Of a stretch of DNA of 49,444 nt, positions 1-10,559 are shown one piece after another. The stretch's first letter is position 1, and every line of letters starts with the position of its first letter. A model generated the notes under the pieces. That model did not search any database and was not told the DNA's origin. It worked only from the letters and a program-made list of their open reading frames with translations. Both the position numbers and the translations under genes were made by a program. The stretch is from Chara braunii (lineage: Eukaryota > Plantae > Charophyceae): contig BFEA01000022.1 of the NCBI GenBank assembly GCA_003427395.1, forward strand, positions 3,787,432-3,836,875. The letters are read 5' to 3'.

Positions 1-28
1 GTGTGTGAGAGAGAGAGTGTTTTTTTTT
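1..28. repeat. (GT)n(GA)n microsatellite followed by T-run
   Basis: Direct reading of the sequence; the reverse-complement arrangement closes the window at 49371-49444. Confidence 0.85.
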
Positions 29-613
29 AAAAAGGTAATCTATATTCGTCACTCATCTATTTCATCTTTCCAAGGGAGAGAGTCGTTTCAAAGAGGAGGG
101 GCGTGAGGGGCCGGCGCAGCAGCGCTCCGAACTTGCGCTACCGGCCGAACGGAAGTTTCGGTCGGTCTCGTCGATCTCTTGACTCGCCACCAAGCCTCGG
201 GAACATCGAGGGTCTCCATCCTCCCGTCCCGCCGTCGCCTTCCAAGGAACTTCCACACGGCCCGCTGCAGAGGTTGCCTCTCAAGACTGCAATTGAGGGA
301 GCAGTGAAGGCCCAGGGTTTTCAATCTGGCCTATTCCTGGTTCGATCGCCGCTACCAAGGGAATCGTCGTTGGTTTCTCAGCTCCGTCGTCGGGCCTCGC
401 TCTACTACTTCCGGGGCGTGGTCCCACTAGCAAAGAGGATCAGATCCAATGCCTGCATCTGGACGTGTTTGTTAAGAGGTGCAGGAAATCGAGATTGAAC
501 TGCTTTTCTGCATCTCTGCATAGAAGACATCCAGATTCAGGCATTCAATGCGCTCATCTTTGTTAGTGGGACCTCGGCCCTGAAATGTGCACAACGAGAG
601 CGAATCTTCCCTC

Positions 614-752
614 AGAACATGGAAAGATACACCGCCGTGAGTTTTGTCTTTTGTGCATGTCGAGCAGTGGAGCGAGGCACAAAAGACAAAAAATCAGCAC
701 TCTCCACATGCACAAAACACAAAAAAGATGGCAATGTATCTTTTCATGTTCT
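614..752. repeat. Foldback/inverted repeat in LINE-A 5' region
   Basis: AGAACATGGAAAGATAC...TTTTGTGCATGT arm pairs with ACATGCACAAAA...GTATCTTTTCATGTTCT; homologous foldback at 49148-49264. Confidence 0.8.
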
Positions 753-885
753 TGTAGTGGATTCAGCCTCATTTTGCATATGTAGTCCATATTCTTATCT
801 CGTTTCCTTCTCCTGAAAGCCCCCCCCCTTTTTACCCAAACGGGAACGGACACACACGCGGACGCCGACCAAGGTAGTTACCTCA

Positions 886-1097
886 ACGACCTCCCCAACC
901 CGGCCGGTCGTTGAGCCTCTAAGCTCTGAGCCGACTGATCGGCCTACCGGTTGTTTTAACGTTGCCGACCCCACCCTTCCAGCACCCCTGTTGACGCCCT
1001 ATAGACCCCAGTTAACGGTCGTCGACTTTCCCGAAAGAGAAAGTTTTTGCTACACGACAAAAAGGCGATGGGGTAAGGCGCAGCCTATGGCTGCGAA
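886..1097 (+). promoter_or_regulatory. Conserved LINE 5' UTR element (putative structured RNA or internal promoter)
   Basis: Aligns with 38307-38519 (-) and 48834-49045 (-); repeated CGACC..GGTCG stems and terminal GCAGCC-TAT-GGCTGC hairpin. Confidence 0.6.
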
Positions 1098-2175
1098 CTG
1101 ATGTGGCGCGTCTATCGAGCCCACGTCACTGATGCGCACTAGAGAGTCCGACATGGGTCGCTTACAAGTTTTCTGTCCTCAACACAGGTAATTTCCTACT
1201 CAAATGTTTTGGGTTTCTAACCTAACTGTTCATTACCTCCCTCTCCGGAGAGAGGGGAATAGTGACAGTCTCGCCGGTTCATGACTGGGAAGGGTAATAA
1301 TAGCTGGAGTCGGAGTGCGCCTAGCTCAACGTCATATAGGATCTTAACGTTGGGTGAACCTTGATTAAGAACTAATTACTAGACAGGGTAGTATCACCGG
1401 GATGGTAAGTGGATGCACGTCCAACTTGAGTAGTATCTCTGAATTGACTTCGTGAGAAGTGAATATAGGAAAATCGATTTTGGCCCGTAAGATCTCTGGG
1501 TGAAGACCAACTGTAGAACGTCACCTAATCTATTGGCGAACGAAAGCTATTTATCCCTCTAGCTATAAAAGAAAGTGGCAAAGTTAAACCTAATGAAAAT
1601 GCAGCGGATCATTGCTTTACTGGAAACTTGACGAACTGAACGTTTGAAAACTGGTAGTATAAAACGTCGTTTATGGTGCTTGTAATCTTATCTCTCCGTA
1701 TCCTCTCATGTTTGCAGTCGCCAGGGAACGTGACGAACCGCACGATCGAAAGTTGACCTTTCACCTAGTCTTCTGGACTGGAATTACCAAGGGTAAGTAG
1801 AAGGGGACAAACTTGGCCCTGCCTCCTAAGACTTTTGGTCTGTTTCTTTGGGGGATGTGGCAGCGGATAGGTCTCCCCTGTGGAAGTTAGTCCATCGGAT
1901 TTTACTACGAGGCATCTTGGTGAAGACTAGTCGGAGTTGCCAGTCTGACTCGCCATCGCTGTCAAGACCAGTACACAGTCACATCATTCGATATCCCTTT
2001 CTCAACGATACTCACCCAAATCCCCTCCAGTCGGAATCACTGAATAGATCGATCTACTAAGAAGTAGGGGGAGCTCTCGGGTGTACTCAGGGGCAGACAT
2101 AATTCTTATATTTTAAGTTGCTTGCAACCCACCTGAATTTTGTTGAAAGGTCCTTTAAGCCGAAACTTCGCTCCA

Positions 2176-4842
2176 ATGTCTGGAACAATATAGGATGAGT
2201 GTTTCGGCTCCCCCCCCTCCCCCTACTGGCTGGGGGCGAAACGAACACACAAGCAACGAGCGAGGCACGTCAAACTCAAGACGAAGGAGCAAGGATCCGT
2301 ACCCTCTTGGACCTTGCTTTTGATGACGGAGTCTTCCCTGAGTCAGACATCCAATTGGGTGTTACCGAGATCGTAGATGGAGTGGGAGTGTTAACATTGA
2401 GTGAGGAATTTGACACAGCAACCGTTAACTGGCTGAAAGCCAGAACGGTTATAGTGATTTTTGACGAACCGGCTAATGTTCTTAATATGGCACAGAGGGA
2501 AGCCCTGATTAGGGTATACGAAGACGCATGGTATCTGGACCCTAATGTCAGGCCGCACTCACGGGGAAGGCCCTAACATCATGTCTTGCGTGGCTAGGAC
2601 CGAACGAATTGCAGAATGGATGATCATGAAAGGGCAGGACCGTATTCCTACCAGAACAGGTTCGGTCAAAGTTTTGTTCAAACCATGGATGACGAAACAA
2701 GAGTTAGACACGATGCGTGATAACGAACTAGCGGGTAAATTCAGGATAATTGCCCTGAGAGTCCCACTGGAAGCCTTGCCTTCCCTGAGATTTGCGGTAC
2801 AGAGACTGATGGCTCGCATCATTACGATGCACCCCCCAGATAAAACGCCGGAGGAACCAAGATTGGGGAATGTGAAGATTGATTGTGTTCCTGAGGTAAG
2901 AGAATCATTTATGGAATGGGTGGTGGTTAAAAAACCCACGGGTGGAAATTTGGAGATTCAATTTGCGAATCAGGATACCCCCTTTTGCCAAAAATGCTTG
3001 TGGTGGTACCATGACGAGCACGACCCTGACTGCCCCAAATTCCACGAACCAATGCCGGAAGGAAGAAGGGACAGGGGTCGAGGAGGGAGAGGAAGAGGAA
3101 GAAGAGGGAACAAAGCAGAAAGGGGCTCAGGCAGAGGGCAAGGTGGGAGACAGATGGGGAATGGACAAGGAGAGAGAGGGGCAGCGAGGCAAGGGTTGGG
3201 TGGCAGGGGGGATGAGAGAGATAATGCAATGGGAGGTAGCGGACGGGGAAGAGGGGAAGTCGGGACATCGAGAGGCATACAAAACATGTCCCCCCATCAA
3301 CCCTCCCGCCCAGGCATCCCAGCGGAACCAGTTCCCGTATCATATCCACCCCCGCCTGTAGGCACGAAAGGTCAACCCCCACCCCTTCCCCCTCCCAACC
3401 AAGGAGCCTGCAGTCAGCCTGTTCCCCCTTCGGCCCCTAATCCAAACTTAGGGGGGTAAAGGAATCAGTTGATCCTGGGAGCATCTCAGGCCATGGTTCC
3501 CTTTTCTCACCCCCCTGTGGGTAGGATAGGTCAACTCCAGTCCCCCTTCCCCCCTAATCAAGGTTTGGGGAGGCAGTCTGCTTCTCCCTGGACTTCTGAC
3601 CCAAATCAAGTGGCTCACCCAAATCAGATGAGTCCAGGTGCATCCCAGACTATGGTTCCCCTCGCTCAGCCCCTTCCATTGACCGTAGCGACATCGACAC
3701 CTACCCCGGGCACCCTCATGAGGCCGTCGATATACCAACAGCCACAACCCACCTGCGCACTAGGAGCCCCTAGCCAAGACTCTGACCCCCCTGTAGCCAG
3801 TCATCCTTACCATCCAACGACGAGTTTCTTTTTGTTCAGAGACCCCACAAGTCACCCTCATATACGTCAACAGCTTAACCCAAAATTTGAAATCGAGAAC
3901 AGAGCTGAGGAACGACTTGCTCTGGCCTTAATAGGGGCCGACTCACAGGGTAGTGGTTTGGTGGGAGGGGAAGTGAAAGACAGGAGTTCTAACCCATCTG
4001 GGGCTGGTCCTCTCAAGGACCAGATCATGAGAGACCCAGGAAATAGACTTACTCTTCGCGCCCCCGTTAAGCTGAGAAGGGTAGGAAACGAGGGGACTAG
4101 TGATCCTGTACGTGATGAAGGGAGAGGTGACCTCGATTCTGACCACAACGAGTCACCACCACCTGCTGAATATACTGTGCAAAGGCCTGCAGGTGGCGCA
4201 GAAGTGGGTGTCAGGCCTTCCAATAGTCAGACTCAAGTAAATCCAACAAACCACGTGGTAGTCCTCTTCGGGGCTTCGCTGGACCCCCAAGGTATCAAGA
4301 TTCTCGCTGGAAAGTCAGACTCGGGAGACTTCCTCCTTCCAACAATGGAGACTGATGGGATTCCTACCACCAAGGAAGCCATCCGGAACGCAATTGCCCG
4401 ATTTGTGCTGGGCCGCTTTCCTTTCAGACTGATCTCTGGTATTAGAGTGGGCCGTAAAACTGTGGAAACAGAGAATGGCACTCCGCTGGGGATACACATT
4501 GCAGTTGCAGACTTAAAGATCTCCCCAGAAATAGCGGCCTTGTTGCTTCCACAAGGAATCCAATGGATTCCGCCAAACTGGTTTAACACACAAACATCAA
4601 ACGAAGCAGAGAAAGTGTTTCTCTCCGGGAAAGTTAATGCCAGCGTGGTGGCCCAGTTTTGTACCTCCTTGCCGGCGGACAAACAACCGTGGGCTGCAGC
4701 TTTCCGGAATCTCCTGTTGATACCTTGGGAAATAGCTCATGGACTAGAGGGGCAGAGCCGTTGGAGAAAGGGGGGCAAGAACAACACCAATGAGCAACGG
4801 ATCCAAAACCCTACTGCCGCGCCTCCCCCACTAGATGGATAA
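2176..4842 (+). pseudogene. LINE-A ORF1 (RRM-like region, CCHC-like knuckle, RG/P-rich linker, C-terminal globular domain), disrupted
   Basis: ORF pieces 2199-2576, 2545-3459 and 3469-4842; CQKCLWWYHDEHDPDC knuckle; collinear homology to LINE-B ORF1; its stop overlaps the ORF2 start (ATGGATAA). Confidence 0.85.
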
Positions 4843-7800
4843 GCTGACTATTGCAACGTGGAATGTCAGAGGGCTGGGAGATAAGTCCGGTAAACATAAG
4901 AAAGCACGCCTGAAATCTTGGCTACATCAAAAAAATGTCCAGATAGCCTTCATACAAGAAACAAAACTAAACAAGGCTAAAATTGCCAAGATCGATTAGT
5001 GGTGGAAAGGTCCACAATTGTGGGCACCCGCAGATGGCACAAAAGGGGGAGCAACTATTTCGATTCATAAGGACTTGGAAGCGACCATGCTGGACTCTCT
5101 AGTGGACATTTGAGGGCAGTGGGCCTGGATCCGCATTCAATTGGGGGACAAAGTATGGACCCTAATGTCAGTTTATGCTCCCTCCAATCCTGGCGAACGC
5201 AGAGCCTTCCGGTCAGATCTTCCAAATGTGATCCCAGAGGCCGAAAACTTAATTCTTGCCGGAGATTTCAACACAGTACTGTCTCCAGGACTGGACTCTC
5301 CACAGAACAGACCAAAGAAAGCAGACGCCTGGATCCTTCACCGCCTTATGGCAGCAGAAGACCTTGTGGACAGTTTCAGACAGCTTCACCCATATGTGCC
5401 AGGTTTTACCTGGTTTGGAAACGAACGGGCAGACCAGGTATCGCCTCCTCCTAGAAGACTGGACCTGATTCTTATGAAAGGGAGAGCTTGGAAAGCAGTG
5501 GTGAGTGTTGAGGTGGGCACACAACCCTTCTCGGATCATAAACCGGTGAGGGCTACTCTCCGCTTGGGCTTTGCCATCCGCAAGGAACCTGGTTTTTTCA
5601 GGTTAAATAATGAAAATCTAAAAAATCAGGCTCTGATGGATTGGTGTGAAAGACATTGGCTGGACTGGGCGAAGATTAAGGATTGGTTTGTCTCAGAGGA
5701 AGAGTGGGTTCAAACCGGGTTTAGAGTGGTAACCAAGGCTATGGATGTTTTTTCCCGAATCTTGGCAAGAGGAAGAAGCCAAGAGAAGGAAGAGTTCAGG
5801 AGAAGGGTGGAAGAGGCGGAAGAGCATATGGGACAGGATCCTTACACAGATATATATTGGGAAAGGAGGAGGGGCAGCTGGCTGAGAAAATGGGAGGATA
5901 TACAGATAGAGCAGCAAGAAACGTGGGCAAAGAGAGCAAAAGAAAGAGGTATGACCCAAGTTGATCGCATAACGAAGGAAACTTTTCGGCGCATATGCCC
6001 ACCACGTGCTCATTCTCTTATTCGGGACCTGGTTCATCCCTTCAATGCTCAAGCGGATTTGGCTACGGATACTGAGACCTTGGCTGAGTATGCTCTTGAT
6101 TACTATTCGGACATCTTAACCTCCCGCAGACCCCCGGATGAATCACTCCAAGACTTTCGAGAGGAAGCAGACTTGTGGTTGTCGTCTACTCATTCATTGG
6201 AGCAACACCAGAGACAAGAGTTGGACAGACCCATCTCTTTGGAGGAATTGCAGGCTGCTGCAGAAAGTATGGCAAAGGGGAAAGTACCTGGAGACGACGG
6301 TCTCCCAATTGAATTTTACCTGGCAACATGGAACCAAGTAGGTCCAATCTTGCTGAGTCTTTTTAACAAGGTACTCGAGGGGGGTAGCCTAACTGAAGAC
6401 ATGTGTAGAGGGGTGATCACGCTTTTGTACAAAAAGGGGGACAAGCAAAATATCAAGAACTGGCGGTCGATATCCTTGTTAAACATGTCTTACAAGCTAT
6501 TGGCCAAAGTCCTAGCTAGACGGTTAGCAGACTATCTTCCAAACCTTGTGAAAGCAGACCAAGGCGCCTTTGTCCAGGGTAGATCTATTTCAGAGAATAT
6601 TCTGGTAGCAATGGGAGCATTGAAGATTGTTGGCAAGGAAAGGAGACAAGTGGCAGTAGTTATGTTGGACCTAGAAAAAGCTTATGACAGGGTCAACTGG
6701 TCTTTTGTCCTGGCTACTTTGGAACACATGAATTTCGGCATCCCCTTTCGCACTTGAATTGCATCAATGTATAAGGCCTCCACAACGGCGGTCCTAGTTA
6801 ATAGAAGAAGATCGCGGACCTTCTCTCTCTCTCGTTCTTTAAGACAAGGGTGCCCTTTGGCACCACTACTTTTCGTATTACAAATGGAAGTAATGATGAA
6901 TGCTCTTAGGGCAGCTCCGTTGGCCAAAGGCCTACAACTGAGGGACGACGTGGAAGTCCTCACAGGGGCAATTGCAGATGATCTACTTGTGATCACAGAA
7001 GCGACAGAGGAGTCCATATAGGCGACAAAGGTGGTACTGGACAAGTATGAAACGTTGTCGGAGGCAAGAGTAACCTGGAATAAGTCAGCCTACTTCCTGC
7101 CATCCGAATTCCAGCTAGCAGATGATTGGTCTTTGAAGAGAGTCAAAGAGGCGGATGCTGAGCGGTTTTTGGGCCTTCACATTTCCCTCACTGACAGCAG
7201 GCCTGCGCAAGATGCGGCTTTGGCTGCACGAGTGCACGCGAGAGTGAAAAGATGTCGGGCAGCGGTAGGCCTCTCCCTGATGGGTAGGGCCTCAGTTATC
7301 AACACGTCAATCTTTGCCCTCATATGGCATATTGCTGCAGTCATTTTAATCTCCCGATCTACCCTGCAAAAAATCAAGTCATGGGCTGCACACTATTTGT
7401 GGAAACCTGGTGGGGAGGAACAGGAGGGCTTCATTACAAAGGTTTCATGGGCCAAAGTGACGCAACCGAAAAACGAGGGTGGGTTGGGGATTTTGGACCC
7501 GAAAAAGCAAAACTTGGCACTGCTCGACAAATGGCTCCAAAAAGTCGGCAACCAATCTGAAGAGCGTAGCTGGTTAGAGATTGCTCAGTACATCTTACAG
7601 CGGGAGTTGGGTCTTGCAAGGAAGGAAGACGTTTGGGTGTGTCTTCAAATGCCCTCCTTCGTGAATTGAAGGCCCAAGTCTGCTATCGGCTTGGCCTGGT
7701 GGATCGCTTGGCGAAAACTAAGAAAGTTCGGACCCTCTGAGCCTGTTACTAAAGATGAAGTCCTCGTCCAGCCACTGTTTGAGAATTTAAGGATTGAGCA

Positions 7801-9076
7801 AAGAACAGGAGGCACCTTCCCTGCGTCCAACCAGAAACGGGCTTTCGGGAGGAAATTGGTGGAAAGGGGAGTTTCGCAGGTGCGAGACATTTGGTCTGAA
7901 GAAAGGAGGGAATGGAGAACTGAGGAGGAGATGCGGTTGAAACTACGAGGCTTACACAACGTGAACGAAAAACATGGGTCATTAGTACAGGCTATACCAA
8001 GGGAGTGGATGGCGCTGCTCCAAGAAGATAACAGTCCAAAGACGGGAGCCTGGTACAAAGAATTTGGGGAGACAGAAAAAGTCCAAATAGTTTACCGGAT
8101 TGAGAAGCAAACGGACGGAGACATCTGGGCAGCAACCGAGTAGCATAAGCAGGGAGCCATGGGCAAACAGTCCCTGAGGAAAGGAAGCGACATTACTTTG
8201 TCATCGGACCGAAGACTAATCCCCATCCGAGTAACCTTCAAAACAGGGAGAGGTAGAAACTTCACTCCAACGCTGATGCTGGAAGGAAGGGAAATTGGAC
8301 AATTGAGAATAGACCCAATCAGATGCAGCTGGAAGAGAGGCCAGAATTGGGTGACCCTGGGTCACTACACTGCTGAAATTGGTAGAGAGAATCTGTGTAA
8401 ATCAAAGGAGTTCATTGCTGAGATAAGTAACAGAGCTACCACTATGTTAAACCTAGACGCCATACCTTCAAGGACACAGTGGAAACAGTTCCGGTCTCAG
8501 CTCCAGGTGTTGCCAAGCCTTAAAATGGCAGACCTCCTCTGGCTGTTATCTCATTCGGCGATTCCTACAGCGAAGTGGTTGGTAGATAAAGGCTTGCTGG
8601 TGGTCAGAACATGCGGTCGTTGCAGTAATAGACAAGATGAAACCTTATCCCACCTCGTATGGGATTGCTCAGCCTTGCGTCGAATTTGGTAGTGGTGGGC
8701 TCTACACTGGCAAGGGATGGGGGTTGCACTCCCCTGGGATCAGAAATGGGTGAAGACTGGGTTCCTCCCGCCCTTATTCTTCAAGGAGAAAGGTTGGGGA
8801 TATATGGCTCAAGCAATAAGATCGGTTATTATGTGGGTTATTTGGTCAGACCGAAACAGCATCCTCTTCAGAGGGGAATGGTCATCAGATGCCACAATCA
8901 AAGAAAAAATTAAGGCAACTGTACGACTTATGATCTGCGCGGACTGGTTTCATAAGGCCAACAGAGATCTGTCCCCAAAGGGTCGCCAATGGTTTCTTTT
9001 TACGTGGGCTAGAGGATGCCAGCTAGCAGTTGTCACCACCGAAGGCAAATTGGTCATTGCCCCGTGGTTAAGTTAG
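4835..9076 (+). pseudogene. LINE-A ORF2: apurinic endonuclease + reverse transcriptase + C-terminal zinc finger, with in-frame stops
   Basis: TWNVRG, IQETK, AGDFN and SDH (APE); WRSISLLN, LDLEKAYDRV, RQGCPLAP and IADD (RT); CGRC..ETLSHLVWDC. All pieces lie in one frame, separated by about 7 stop codons. Confidence 0.95.
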
Positions 9077-9611
9077 AACGGGTGGGAGCATGGAATGAGG
9101 TAGTGCTGCCCCGTTTTTTTTATCCGGGCGGGAGTACAGAGTCTCCCGCGGTGCGAGTAGTGCTTGGGTGGAATGCGTCCAGTTTCTGCGTGGGTAATAC
9201 CTGGCCTTCTCAGTTTTGTAGGCCCACAGTAGGGCAATCATTCACAGTGATCTGAGAGGTATTGAGGAGAAACTGAGTCGTGTTAGACTCAGGGGGATTG
9301 AAAGATAGTTCGTTGGAGAGTAGGTTTGGATTCGGGTGTAAAGGGTAGGTAGTTGCCGGTGGGTGAGAGGCTGCGAGAGGTAGCAGTCACTTCAGAATAG
9401 TCTTGCAAGAGTGTGTAGGGGTAGGGGGAGGGCGTTTGCTTCCTTTTTTCTCTTTCAGTCTCATTTCTTTTTCTTTAGGCTAGTTGTCTGTTTTATTAGG
9501 CTATGTCGGGTAGCTCTGAGCCATAAGACAGGGACTGACTCACCCTTTGATGGAAGGTTAATGAGTAAAGATGTGTTCGTCTGTGACAGTTCGTGGTTCA
9601 ACTTGAACCTT

Positions 9612-9673
9612 AAGCTAAATCGGCTGATGCTGCCGGGATAACTTCCGGGTTGAATTGTGAGGTCCCCGGCCTC
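9612..9673 (+). promoter_or_regulatory. Conserved LINE 3' UTR stem-loop motif
   Basis: 57/62 identical to 38951-39011 (-) although surrounding UTRs do not align; lies about 35 nt before the poly(A). Confidence 0.75.
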
Positions 9674-10559
9674 AATCCTCTGATTTTGGAATTGATGAGT
9701 TACCTTTAAAATAAAAAAAAATAAAAAAATAAAAAAAAACACCAACGCATTCAGACGTAGCCGTGCACACACGATGAGAGCTCGTGCATGTGTTTACCGG
9801 AATTATTACCACATTCAGCCCAGAAATGTCCTACGCCGTCCGCCAACCGCCAGAAGACTGGGCCTGCACGCAATCGTGGCCGCGTGGGGCCCACACAAGT
9901 CCTACCACTACCATGAACTAGGCAAACCGTGAGAACAACGTTTCTCCGTTGTGTTTCTTAACCAACAGTCACGGCCCGATTCAGTCGAAAACAACTCCTG
10001 TCATGTTCGATCGCGCATGTACGTGACCTCAATTGCCGCCAAAAACATTCGGTCGAGCAGAAAACGTAGCTAGGATATGCCCTTTCGACCTTCCACACCT
10101 TCATCATGCAACGCATAGCCAGCCACCCTACTTCTATTCGGCGCCCCCTTGCCCAACTCGTTTCTTTGCATTTCGCAAGCCTGGTTGAAAGCAGACTCGT
10201 TGACTTTGACCCTTATTTTTTGCCCTAACGAGAATGTCAATTCACGACACACTTCCCCTGGGGTACATAGGGTCCCCTTCCCACACTTTGTTGCGAATTC
10301 CTTTTTTGGGGCGGGGGAGGGAACGCGTGCCCCCGCTATCACAAATAATACCGGAGTAATACCACTATGGGTATGACTTGGGCCAGGCGAGTCCCAAAGT
10401 GCAATGGGAGATCAAGCTCACGGATATCCCCCGGGCAGGTAAGTGTTACGTTGCGCATTCCTGGACAGCTGCGAAGGAAAAACATGAATCAATGAAGGAT
10501 TAGTAGTTCGCAGCCTGTGGGCTGCGCTATACCGCGTGGTTTTGACGCAGGAATGAACG

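Larger units (their letters stand above)
600..9739 (+). mobile_element. LINE-A: near full-length L1/Tx1-type non-LTR retrotransposon, inactivated; 5' boundary uncertain
   Basis: Long 5' region, ORF1, overlapping ORF2 (APE-RT-zinc finger), 3' UTR and A-rich tail at 9708-9739. Confidence 0.92.

Noticed and set aside
1060-1110. HDV-like ribozyme (hairpin followed by CGAA)
   Set aside because: Could not find P1, P2 or P3 partners conserved in the three copies.
9740-9780. Similarity of LINE-A 3' flank (poly-A CACCAAC...) to 48582-48635
   Set aside because: Short, gapped similarity; not enough to call a TSD or target site.
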